Shown piece after piece: positions 8,488 through 16,933 of a stretch of DNA of 64,000 bases. This DNA comes from Candidatus Multivoradales bacterium (GTDB lineage: Bacteria; Acidobacteriota; Thermoanaerobaculia; Multivoradales; JAHEKO01): NCBI GenBank assembly GCA_965248055.1, contig CBDFIJ010000004.1, forward strand, positions 2,823,908 to 2,887,907, written 5' to 3'. A program made the translations under genes and the position numbers. The notes beneath the pieces are model-generated. The model was not told the origin of the DNA. It saw only the letters and a program-made list of their open reading frames with translations, and did not search any database. The first letter of the stretch is position 1, and each line of letters starts with the position of its first letter.

Positions 8488-9912
8488 ATGATACCGGAGC
8501 GGACAGAACAAATTTGGTTGGTTACGCTTTGTGCTATCAGCGCGCTGTGCGCAGTGCCTTTTGGCGCGGTCACCGCGAACTGGTCGTTCGGTCTGCGTTT
8601 GCTCCTGGCACTTCTAGTGTTGGCAGCGCTCGCTCTAGGGATTGTCACGGGCATATCGCGAGCCACCAAGATCGTTCTGGGGTCCCTCTTGGGCATGGTA
8701 TTCCTAGCGGGTCTTCAGCTACTGCCCTGGCCAGCCGCGCTGGTCGAAGTCGTCTCACCCGGCCACTTGCGGTTGCCGACTCGGGCTGCCGAGCTAATGG
8801 ATCAAGCGAGGGCCGAAGTTTCCCTGACGGTTTCTCGGGATCTCACTTGGTCCTCGATGGGAGCGTGGCTCGGGGCGGGATGTGCACTTTTTCTCGGCGT
8901 TGTTGTCGGTCGGCTCAAGAGCCGACATTGGCTCTACATCGCCGCAGCCACAGGCGCGGTCTTCCAGGTGGTCTACGGGGTAAGCCGCTGGTGGAGTCAG
9001 AGCAGTGAAATTCTGGGACGCGAAGTGGTAGGTGACCTGAGCCGCGTCAGAGGGACATTCGTCAATCCCGACCATTTTTCTCTCTACCTGGAAATTACCC
9101 TGGCCTTGATACCGGCGGTTGCTTGGTGGTTGTGGCAAGAAAGCAGCGATCGGTTCGGGACCATGCGCGCAGCGATGACAATGTTGCCGCTGGCTGCACT
9201 TTGGATGCTATTGCTCGGCGCGGTGGCGCTGAGTGGCTCTCGCGCCGGTTTGGCCGCGATTGCGGTTGGCTTCCTAGTGCAGGGTTTGGCATTGATTGTT
9301 TGGGGCAAAGACCGACTGAGCGGTGGGGTTTTGTTGGGCGGTGGTTCGGCGGCAGTGTTGGCACTGTTGATCTTGACCGGAGGATTGGGCTTCGCCCGTT
9401 TGGTCGGCACTTCGTCATATCAGGTGACCTCCAACCTGCGTTGGGCGGTGCTGCGTTCAAGTCTAGAGTTGTGGCGCGAATTTCCAGTCTTCGGTTCGGG
9501 GCTAGGTACTTTTGTCTCTGCCTACCCCCCATTTCAGCCGGTCGCTGCAGAGGGTGCGGTATGGCGACACGCTCACAACGGTTGGGTGGAGATGCTTGCC
9601 ACCACCGGAGTAGTGGGCATTGTGCTGGTGCTGTTGGGCCTAGTTGCGCTGGTCTGGGGTCTGAGAGGTGGCTTGCTGGATGGAGTTCGAACTCGGCACC
9701 GCGCCGCCGCCCTCGCAGCAATGGGAGTCTTAGCCACCGCTGCGCTACACGAAACCGTGGAGTTCGGTTTGACGATGCCAGCGAACGCGACTCTTGCGGC
9801 GCTGCTGATCGGCGTTGGCCTTGGAGTTCCTACCCGTGTCCGGGCAACAGATCATTCGATTCAGGAAGCGGGACGCAGTCGCGCCGAACCGGGGGTTACT
9901 TCCGACGGTTGA
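8488..9912 (+). CDS. O-antigen ligase / Wzy-type polymerase family membrane protein
   Basis: Polytopic membrane protein. Wzy_C-like core: SGSRAGLAAIAVGF..., LELWREFPVFGSGLGTF, WRHAHNGWVEMLATTGVVG. Confidence 0.8.
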   Translation: MIPERTEQIWLVTLCAISALCAVPFGAVTANWSFGLRLLLALLVLAALALGIVTGISRATKIVLGSLLGMVFLAGLQLLPWPAALVEVVSPGHLRLPTRAAELMDQARAEVSLTVSRDLTWSSMGAWLGAGCALFLGVVVGRLKSRHWLYIAAATGAVFQVVYGVSRWWSQSSEILGREVVGDLSRVRGTFVNPDHFSLYLEITLALIPAVAWWLWQESSDRFGTMRAAMTMLPLAALWMLLLGAVALSGSRAGLAAIAVGFLVQGLALIVWGKDRLSGGVLLGGGSAAVLALLILTGGLGFARLVGTSSYQVTSNLRWAVLRSSLELWREFPVFGSGLGTFVSAYPPFQPVAAEGAVWRHAHNGWVEMLATTGVVGIVLVLLGLVALVWGLRGGLLDGVRTRHRAAALAAMGVLATAALHETVEFGLTMPANATLAALLIGVGLGVPTRVRATDHSIQEAGRSRAEPGVTSDG

Positions 9913-11414
9913 TCGGTCTCGAATTCAACAACGTGGTTGCCTGGGCCCAGCTCGAGATCGAGAGTTATATGCCCGCGCACGATCGGGAAGGCGACCCAGT
10001 CCCCATCCAGCCACAGTGTGCCAATTCCGCCTCGAGGCGAGGAATTGATGTCGACCTCAAGAACACTGGCTTCGGTGGTGACCACCGACAAGTAGGCCCG
10101 CAATGGGCTCCTGATCCAGTCCGCCGGATTCCAATCTTGCGGTGGTGGAGAACTCGGGATCCCTGCTTTCTTTCTGGCGATGGCAAAGGCGGCTGTTTGG
10201 CGCCACTTGCCATCTACTTTTGCAGTGTAGCGGGCACGGGTCTGCGCATCGCTAGTCGATTGCGTAAGGCTCAGCCAGTGCAGTCCCCAATCCTCAGAGG
10301 ACAGGGCGGCTTCATCGGGTTGATGGTTGATTAGCGCCAATGCGGTGCCCCTGTCGGGGTGTCCATAAGAAACAACTCCGGCGAGCCGAGTCATCACATC
10401 CGTTGGCACCGGGCAGACCGTGAGTACACATTGACGATTGGCCCAGGCCAACCAGGGTTTGAGAGCGTGCAGTAGGTTCTTGTGTACCGGTCCCGGCGGC
10501 AGAGCCCGGAGTATTGCGACCACCTGTGGCAAATTGGTGTTGTCTGGAGTGATCGCTAGCGACCGAGCAAACTCATCGATTGCTTTGAAGTATTCCTGAC
10601 CATTGAGCAATAGCGTTGCCCGGGCAAGATGTTGTTCACTCGCCTGCAAAGATAGCTGGCGCATCGTGGTTTTGGTCTTCACCGCGTTTGACCATTGGCC
10701 CGCTCTAGCCAACGTCTGGTAAACCGGCTGCCATGCTGCTGGCAAATCGGGCAATACGGAAACTAGGTCATCGTAACTATGCTGCAGTCTCGTCCAGCGG
10801 GGCAGAATCGCATTGCGAATGGTGGCGGAGTTCATTGCTTGGCGTAGGGTGACGGTGGCCCGTTCTCTCTCTTCGGACGACAGGTCTCCCCACACCTCCA
10901 ACAGAGCGAGCGCCAGATAGCCCTCGACTTCGCCTCGGCCGGGAGCCAAGGTCTGGGCCTCGGTCAGTGGGCCTAGCCAGCGCTCTCGTTCCAATCGTTG
11001 AATTCCTTGCTTGGATCGCAGTCCGGAGAGAAATTCACTGGCGCCGACTCCCATTGCCGCGACCCACGACCCTGGTTCGCTTTGCCAGGCTTGGCGGGAA
11101 AGAGTGTTGAGTTCCTCGACCGCCAGTTTGCTCTTGTCTCGGAGCGCGATCCGTTCTTCGGTTGATAGATCTCGGGTGGCGGGCAATACCAGTTGCGACG
11201 CCAGAAGAGTGCGAATCGCTCGCGCTTTGGCGGTTGGAACATCGTTGGCTTTGCGCACCGAAATGCGTCCGACTCCGAGCTCCTCGGCAAATTCAACGCG
11301 GTCAAAAAGTTCCTTGAGTTGGTGTTGCTGGCGAGTCCAGCGGTAGTGTGCGCTGGCTGAAACTAGTAGCGTTGCGCCCGCAAGGAAGATTGGAAGTAGC
11401 CTTGCGTTCTTCAC
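9861..11414 (-). CDS. Hypothetical membrane-anchored/secreted protein
   Basis: 517 aa with N-terminal anchor MKNARLLPIFLAGATLLVSASA (GTG start). It is the only long ORF covering 9.9-11.4 kb and is helical-repeat-like. No family recognised. Confidence 0.55.
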   Translation of the reverse strand: MKNARLLPIFLAGATLLVSASAHYRWTRQQHQLKELFDRVEFAEELGVGRISVRKANDVPTAKARAIRTLLASQLVLPATRDLSTEERIALRDKSKLAVEELNTLSRQAWQSEPGSWVAAMGVGASEFLSGLRSKQGIQRLERERWLGPLTEAQTLAPGRGEVEGYLALALLEVWGDLSSEERERATVTLRQAMNSATIRNAILPRWTRLQHSYDDLVSVLPDLPAAWQPVYQTLARAGQWSNAVKTKTTMRQLSLQASEQHLARATLLLNGQEYFKAIDEFARSLAITPDNTNLPQVVAILRALPPGPVHKNLLHALKPWLAWANRQCVLTVCPVPTDVMTRLAGVVSYGHPDRGTALALINHQPDEAALSSEDWGLHWLSLTQSTSDAQTRARYTAKVDGKWRQTAAFAIARKKAGIPSSPPPQDWNPADWIRSPLRAYLSVVTTEASVLEVDINSSPRGGIGTLWLDGDWVAFPIVRGHITLDLELGPGNHVVEFETDQPSEVTPGSARLRPAS

Positions 11415-11415
11415 G

Positions 11416-11895
11416 ATGACGAGATCGTATCAGCGCCGCTTTGGCCGGCTGTTTTATTTGTGGCTGCTAGGTTCCGCGATACTGATGTGGTCGCCGTCCG
11501 AACCCGGTGGTGCGGGCGGATCGGCGGGTTTCGGGGTGGCGATCGAATCTGCCGCCAATCTCTTCCATGGACTGTGGTTTCTACTCGGAGCGATGATCCT
11601 AGTTCGAGCGAAACGACGATGGCGATGGGCCGCGGTGTGGGGAGTTTTGGTCGTCGCCGGGTTCGTTTTTGAACTGGGTCAAGTCTGGGTTCCGGGTCGA
11701 TCTGCGGGCATTATCGATGCATCCTGGAACCTAGTCGGGGCGGCGTTGGGCATGGTGCGTTGGGGGCCCGAGCGCGCGGACGCTCAGGCCCCCGAGTCGC
11801 AAGATTGCCGAAGCGCTGATCAGGGGCTTAAGAGCCAAGAGAGCCAAGATCAGGAGAATCCAGATCGAGAGAACCCATGCCGGGAGAACCGGTGA
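11416..11895 (+). CDS. VanZ-like membrane protein (tentative)
   Basis: Four hydrophobic segments and FELGQVWVPGRSAGIIDASWNLVGAALG, which resembles the VanZ-family C-terminal motif. Low-complexity tail SQESQDQENPDRENP. Confidence 0.45.
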   Translation: MTRSYQRRFGRLFYLWLLGSAILMWSPSEPGGAGGSAGFGVAIESAANLFHGLWFLLGAMILVRAKRRWRWAAVWGVLVVAGFVFELGQVWVPGRSAGIIDASWNLVGAALGMVRWGPERADAQAPESQDCRSADQGLKSQESQDQENPDRENPCRENR

Positions 11896-13064
11896 AGGGC
11901 AACTTTGATCCCCCTGTGTGGAATTGGCCTGAGGAGCGCCGTTGGGTGCTGGCCGCCGCTTATGGGGATCGGCTGCCAGACAAGCCCGAATGCCGGAGCG
12001 AGCTACTGTCGCAAGCGGCCTCCTCGATGGGCCTTGCCGCACGGATCGCTGCTCGCTGGTCGCGAGATCTGGATAGACGATTGGACTCTTCGTCGGCGCT
12101 GGAATTTCGCCGCGCTCGTACCAAGGTCGAGGGGACCAACTTACGATTGGACGCTGGGCTAGAGCTGGTAGAACAAGAGCTTGCTGCGCTCGGGGCCGCA
12201 GCAGTTCTGCTCAAGGGGATGGCTTTGCGCCGTCTCGGGTGGTCGCCCGCTGGCGGCAGGCCGATGGTCGATATCGATCTGTTGCTCGATCCGTCTGTGG
12301 CGCGTCAGCTTCAGGTCCGGTTGCAAGCGATTGGCTTCGCCAGCGCGGTCGAAGATCTTCCCGGAAAACACTTGCCGACTTTGACCCATGAGGAGTTCGG
12401 CGTGATCGAACTTCACAGGGCGATTCCGGGCTTGGGGTCGCTGAACAGCCCGGTCGATTTTCAGTCGGTCCGAGATAGCCTGATCGAGAAGAACGCGAGT
12501 CGCGTCTACTTTCCAGAGCCTTTTCTGCTGGCCGCTCATGCTATTGCTCACGGCTGGCTCCTTGAGGGACACCTGGCAGGGTCGAGGGTCTTCACCATGT
12601 TGGGAGATCTGATGGATATCTCAGCCGCACAGCCTTTGGATCAATGGTGGAGCGATGCGATGCACTGGCTGCCGACCATGCCTGGGGTTGATCAGCAGGC
12701 GTTGCAGCAGATTTGCGCCGATTGGCGCGCGACCACGGACCTTTCTCTTAGCTCGAAGGATCGCTGGAACCCGGCAACCTGGGCCGCGGCGCAGCGCCGC
12801 ATTGTTGACCACGCGCTAGCTTTGGAAGTCGACAAACACTATCGATGGAGTCTGCGCAGCCACGGCGTCTGGCGTCAAGGATCAGCCCGGGCGACAAGCA
12901 AAATCCTGCATCTGCTGTGGCCCAGTGCAGAAGTGCTGATCGATCGTTGGGGAATACCGCCAAGAGTGCTGGGTGGCTCGGTGTGGAGACTCCGCTGGTT
13001 CGGACATCTTGCGGTATCTGGAAGCCGGTTCTTGTATGGTTGGTCGCGCACTAAGGTCGGCTAA
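11877..13064 (+). CDS. Uncharacterised nucleotidyltransferase family protein (NTP_transf_5-like)
   Basis: LLKGMALRRLGWSPAGGRPMVDIDLLLDPS (DxD nucleotidyltransferase motif in the context typical of PF14907) followed by IELHRAIPG. Confidence 0.65.
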   Translation: MPGEPVKGNFDPPVWNWPEERRWVLAAAYGDRLPDKPECRSELLSQAASSMGLAARIAARWSRDLDRRLDSSSALEFRRARTKVEGTNLRLDAGLELVEQELAALGAAAVLLKGMALRRLGWSPAGGRPMVDIDLLLDPSVARQLQVRLQAIGFASAVEDLPGKHLPTLTHEEFGVIELHRAIPGLGSLNSPVDFQSVRDSLIEKNASRVYFPEPFLLAAHAIAHGWLLEGHLAGSRVFTMLGDLMDISAAQPLDQWWSDAMHWLPTMPGVDQQALQQICADWRATTDLSLSSKDRWNPATWAAAQRRIVDHALALEVDKHYRWSLRSHGVWRQGSARATSKILHLLWPSAEVLIDRWGIPPRVLGGSVWRLRWFGHLAVSGSRFLYGWSRTKVG

Positions 13065-13104
13065 GGGCTAACTTAGGCCGGAATTACGAGAATTTGAGGA
13101 CCCC

Positions 13105-14052
13105 GTGAAAGTCACTGAACATCTGCAGCGCGCAACCGAGCCGATGATTTCATTCGAGATCATTCCTCCGCTGCGCGGTGGAACTGCGACCGCATTGTTG
13201 GGGTTGATTGACGATCTGGCGAAGTTCGATCCGCCCTTCATCGATATCACCAGCCACGCTGCGCAGGTGAGCTATGAGGAAACCGCCGAGGGATTCCAGC
13301 GGCGGGTGAAGCGCAAGCGTCCGGGAACGCTGGGGATCTGCTCGTTGATTCAGCATAAGTATGGGATCGACGCGGTTCCCCATGTCCTGTGCCAGGGATT
13401 CACCCGCGAAGAGACCGAAGATTTCTTGATCGAGTTGAAGTACCTGGGCATTGACAACGTCTTGGCGGTTCGCGGTGATGACAGCGGGTTCGAAAAACCT
13501 CTGCGCTACGGGCGCAGTGCCAACCGCTACGCTTCGGATCTGGCGGCGCAAGTGCAGGCGATGAATCAGGGGAAATACTTGGAAGAACGGCTGTTGGATG
13601 CCGAGCCCTCCAATTTTTGTGTCGGCATTGGTGGTTATCCAGAGAAGCATTTCGAAGCGCCGAACCTGGAGGCGGATCTACGCCATACCAAGACCAAAAT
13701 CGAGGCCGGCGGTGAGTACATCGTCACCCAGATGTTCTTCGACAATCAACATTATTTTTCCTATGTTGAGTCTTGCCGCAGGGTTAGCATCGAGGTGCCG
13801 ATTCTGCCTGGCATCAAGATCCTCAACTCCAAACGCCAGGTGACCTCAATTCCCCGCAATTTCTACTGCGAGTTGCCCGACGCGCTGGTCGCCGAAGCCG
13901 AGGCCAACCCCAAGCGAGTACTGGACGTGGGCATCGAGTGGGCCGCCCAACAAGCGCAGGGCCTGATCGACGGTGGTGCTCCAGCGATTCACTTCTACGT
14001 GATGGAAAGCGCGGAAGCAGTCGGTCGGGTGGTGGCCAAGCTCAAACTCTAG
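13105..14052 (+). CDS. metF: 5,10-methylenetetrahydrofolate reductase
   Basis: ISFEIIPPLRGG, LAVRGDD, YPEKH and GGEYIVTQMFFDNQHYFSYV are hallmark MTHFR motifs. GTG start. Confidence 0.9.
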   Translation: MKVTEHLQRATEPMISFEIIPPLRGGTATALLGLIDDLAKFDPPFIDITSHAAQVSYEETAEGFQRRVKRKRPGTLGICSLIQHKYGIDAVPHVLCQGFTREETEDFLIELKYLGIDNVLAVRGDDSGFEKPLRYGRSANRYASDLAAQVQAMNQGKYLEERLLDAEPSNFCVGIGGYPEKHFEAPNLEADLRHTKTKIEAGGEYIVTQMFFDNQHYFSYVESCRRVSIEVPILPGIKILNSKRQVTSIPRNFYCELPDALVAEAEANPKRVLDVGIEWAAQQAQGLIDGGAPAIHFYVMESAEAVGRVVAKLKL

Positions 14053-14053
14053 T

Positions 14054-14101
14054 CCGCCGAACCAACCCATCTCCAGCGTCATCTCCCGGCTCGGCGTTTT
14101 T
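14054..14101 (+). terminator. Possible weak intrinsic terminator after metF
   Basis: CCGCCGA (14054-14060) can pair with TCGGCG (14091-14096), followed by TTTTT. The loop is long (about 30 nt), so this is weak. Confidence 0.3.
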
Positions 14102-14332
14102 GACACGCTCGCATACATCAGCTGACCTAGATCAAACACCTGTGAGACAGCGCCGTTAGTCGCCGAGGCTGTGGGGGATGTGGGAATCTCGTGAGAGATT
14201 TCCAAGGGCTGTGGGAAGGCAAGCGTAGCTGGCTTTGCACCAGCCCATCATCATCCACAGCCTTGACAAGTAAAAAGGGGGCCAAGATCCTTCGGGTCTA
14301 TCGAATAACCCAAAACGAAGGGAGGCCCCCAG

Positions 14333-14563
14333 ATGCAAATCGTCGCACTCGATCCAAGTTTCTACAAGTACTACCGTGAAGACATCGTTGTCTTAGGCTC
14401 TCAGGCTCGTGATCGGCTGCGCTTGGTTGCGAGCTTCGAGCAACTACGCGACAAGGGGATCTCGGGTGAAGAAGCAGCTCAGATCTTGGGCAAGAGTCGA
14501 GCTACCCTTTACCGCTGGCGCAAACGCCTTGAACGTGGCCCCCGACATCTAGGAGCTTGCTGA
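14333..14563 (+). pseudogene. IS481-like transposase, N-terminal HTH fragment, truncated by the IS5-like insertion
   Basis: GISGEEAAQILGKSRATLYRWRKRLERGPRHL, then read-through into the IS5-like inverted repeat (GAC-stop). Confidence 0.8.
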
Positions 14564-15868
14564 AAAACCCCACCACCGGACCATAACGATTCTATAATTG
14601 GGAATAGGAGGTTTTGATGCGTGGATCGGATCAAGGTCAGGGATCAATGTTCAGCTACGTTGACCTGGAACGGCGAATTCCTCGGTCTCATCCGTTGCGG
14701 CGGATCCGAAGTTTGATGGACGAAGCTCTTGGAGAGCTATCGGAGCGTTTTGAGACGATCTACGCTTCGAGTGGTCGCCCTTCGATTCCCCCCGAGCGTC
14801 TGCTCCGCGCATTGCTGCTTCAAGTGCTCTTCAGCGTGCGTAGTGAACGCCAGCTGATGGAGCAACTTGAGTACAACCTTCTATTTCGCTGGTTTGTCGG
14901 TCTTGGTATCGACGAGCGGGTGTGGGACGCGACGACGTTTTGCAAGAACCGAGAGCGCTTGCTCGAAGGTTCGATCGCGGAAGAACTGTTTGCAGCGGTG
15001 CTGTCTCAAGCCGAGGACCGTGATCTGCTGTCACCGGATCACTTCAGCGTTGATGGCACACTGATCGAGGCTTGGGCTTCGCACAAGAGCTTTCGGCCAA
15101 AGGACGAAGAGGTTAAACCTCTGGACGGTGGAGCGGACTTCCGAGGCCAGAAGCGGTTGAACCAAACGCACGCTTCGACGACCGACCCCGAGTCTCGGCT
15201 GTCGCGAAAAGGCCGTGGTAAGGAAGCAAAACTAAGCTACCGGGGCAACATTCTGGTCGAGAACCGGCACGGGATGATTGTCAACACCGAGGTCAACATC
15301 GTCACCGGCAACGGTGAGACAACAGCGGCTCTGGCCATGCTGGAGCAGCGGGCTAGCAATCATCGCGTCACGGTGGGTGCTGACAAGGGCTATGACAACC
15401 GAGCGTTTGTAGAGAATGCGAGGAAGCTGAATGCGACACCTCACGTAGCGCAAAGCACCAAGAATCGCCGCAGCCGGATTGACCGACGCACCACTCGCCA
15501 CGCAGGTTACGAGATCAGCTTGGCGAGACGACCGAGAGTCGAGGCACCCTTCGGCTGGCTCAAACAGTACGGACTGCAACGCAGACCGATGTTTCGAGGC
15601 GTAGCCCGCATCGGTTGGTCTTTCACTTTTGCGGCAACAGCGTTTAACTTGCTCCGAATAGCCAATCTGAGCGCGCCAACATGACGAATTTCTATCCCAA
15701 GTGCTCCTCAAATCGCTCGAATCACCCGTTAGGGCGAATCGAAGAGCTGACCCAAGGGGTCACCAACACCCTCAACTCGCCAGCCACCTTGATTCGTCTC
15801 CACATTCAAAGTACTTCGACCGTTATGACCACTGAAATTAGCTCCGTTGCCCTTTTTTCAGCAGGCTG
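14553..15868 (+). mobile_element. IS5-family insertion sequence (1316 bp) with a 4-bp CTAG target duplication
   Basis: IRL GAGCTTGCTGAAAAA (14553-) matches the reverse complement of IRR, CAGCCTGCTGAAAAAA (-15868). Direct CTAG at 14549-14552 and 15869-15872. Contains a single DDE transposase gene. Confidence 0.85.
14617..15684 (+). CDS. IS5-family DDE transposase (InsH-like N-terminal domain plus DDE_Tnp_1)
   Basis: AGGAGG lies 8 nt before the ATG. GSMFSYVDLERRIPRSHPLRRIR, SIPPERLLRALLLQVLFSVRSERQLMEQLEYNLLFRWFVGL, FSVDGTLIEA and GADKGYD are typical of IS5-group transposases. Confidence 0.9.
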   Translation: MRGSDQGQGSMFSYVDLERRIPRSHPLRRIRSLMDEALGELSERFETIYASSGRPSIPPERLLRALLLQVLFSVRSERQLMEQLEYNLLFRWFVGLGIDERVWDATTFCKNRERLLEGSIAEELFAAVLSQAEDRDLLSPDHFSVDGTLIEAWASHKSFRPKDEEVKPLDGGADFRGQKRLNQTHASTTDPESRLSRKGRGKEAKLSYRGNILVENRHGMIVNTEVNIVTGNGETTAALAMLEQRASNHRVTVGADKGYDNRAFVENARKLNATPHVAQSTKNRRSRIDRRTTRHAGYEISLARRPRVEAPFGWLKQYGLQRRPMFRGVARIGWSFTFAATAFNLLRIANLSAPT

Positions 15869-15872
15869 CTAG

Positions 15873-16690
15873 AACCGATATCAAGCCGACCCAAGCGGGT
15901 GCGTAAGGCTGACTGGTCACCTGAATTGGTACAGAGAGTCGAAAGTCTCCGTCGAGACTTTCCTGCCTGGGGCAAGGAAACCCTAGCGCCGCTGATCCAG
16001 GGCGAGGGCTTTGAGGTATCAGAAGCCACTGTCGGGCGTATCTTGCGCAAATTGATGGATCGAGGGGTAATCCACCGGGTACGCTACCGGCGCCAGAAGT
16101 ACAAAAACTCCCGGCGTATGCGCCGGCTCCACGCTCAGCGACTGCCGAAATGGTGTCCCCGACCAACGCGCCCTGGCGAGCGACTGCAGATCGACACGCT
16201 GCATCTGGTCCCTGCTCCAGGCAAGTGGCTCAAACACTTTTCAGCCTCCTGTCCGGTCAGCCGGTGGACAGTGGGAGAGATCTATCAACGTGCCACTTCT
16301 CGCTGTGCAGCACGCTTTCTAGACAAAGTCATTGCCGAGTGTCCGTTTGACATCACCTCGATCCAAGTGGACGGTGGTAGTGAATTTATGGATGAATTTG
16401 AGAAAGCCTGCCGAGATAGAGGCATCACCCTCTATGTGCTGCCGCCAAAGAGTCCGAAGCTCAACGGCACCGTCGAACGAATGCAGGAAACCTGGAGAGG
16501 AGAGTTTTATGAAATGTATGAGCTACCCGATACTGTCTCGGCTTTGAGACCTTACATCCAGAGATTCCAGGACCTCTACAACACCTACAGGCCGCACAAG
16601 AGCTTGAAAAGAAAACCCCCGGCAAGGTACCTTAGAAAGCTCGACCCAGGGGTCGTGCTCCCGCCGACTGTCTCAAAGGTACTGATCTAG
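15873..16690 (+). pseudogene. IS481-like transposase, C-terminal integrase-core (rve) fragment
   Basis: GERLQIDTLHL, IQVDGGSEFMDEF and YNTYRPHKSL form the DDE/rve core. Deleting 14553-15872 joins it in frame to 14333-14552 (...RGPRHL-E-PISSRPKRVRKADWSPEL...). Confidence 0.8.
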
Positions 16691-16699
16691 GACATCAGC

Positions 16700-16728
16700 T
16701 TGACAGCGGGCGCCGTGAGTCATTAGGT
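16700..16728 (+). promoter_or_regulatory. Candidate sigma70-type promoter for the metH leader
   Basis: TTGACA at 16700-16705, then an 18-nt spacer, then TAGGTT at 16724-16729. The predicted start falls at the 5' edge of the riboswitch. The -10 is weak. Confidence 0.35.
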
Positions 16729-16734
16729 TTAGCC

Positions 16735-16855
16735 TGCATCAAGAGCGTTCGGGTGACCGAACGCGGCAACCTGGGAAGGACACCCAAGGTGCCAACCCGC
16801 CAACCCGCGGTGGGGATGTGGTCGGCCACGGTAAGCCGGTAACGAAGGTCCCAAA
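16735..16855 (+). promoter_or_regulatory. SAM-binding riboswitch of the SAM-I clan (S-box core; simplified P2, so SAM-I/IV-like)
   Basis: Core strings in order: AUCAAGAG (16738-), short hairpin CGUUCGG-GUGA-CCGAACG, GGCAACC, hairpin CCUGGG-aaggaca-CCCAAGG, then UGCCAACCC, and GAUG closing P1. It sits directly upstream of metH. Not confirmed by a covariance model. Confidence 0.6.
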
Positions 16856-16860
16856 TCTTA

Positions 16861-16890
16861 CCCGTGCCGATTCTTGTGGCACGGTTTTTT
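16861..16890 (+). terminator. Intrinsic terminator (expression platform of the metH leader)
   Basis: CCGTGCC (16862-16868) pairs perfectly with GGCACGG (16878-16884), followed by TTTTTT (16885-16890). Upstream GGCCACGG (16824-16831) could act as a competing anti-terminator strand. Confidence 0.65.
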
Positions 16891-16933
16891 GTATTTGGAG
16901 ATGCCTAGTTGACGTTTGAGGTGTGAGGAATCA

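Larger units (their letters stand above)
14131..16686 (+). mobile_element. IS481-family-like insertion sequence (about 1.24 kb once the nested IS5-like element is removed), flanked by CTAG
   Basis: Left end ATCAAACACCTGTGAGACAG (14131-) matches the reverse complement of the right end, ATCAGTACCTTTGAGACAG (-16686). CTAG lies at 14127-14130 and 16687-16690. A single HTH plus rve transposase ORF has its TAG stop formed by the right CTAG. Confidence 0.7.

Noticed and set aside
16735-16855. Cobalamin riboswitch upstream of metH (GCCACGG resembles the B12 box; GGGAAG/GGUGCC strings)
   Set aside because: The order and context of the conserved strings (AUCAAGAG ... GGCAACC ... AAGGUGCCAA ... GAUG) fit the SAM-I clan much better. 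B12 repression of a B12-dependent enzyme would also be illogical.
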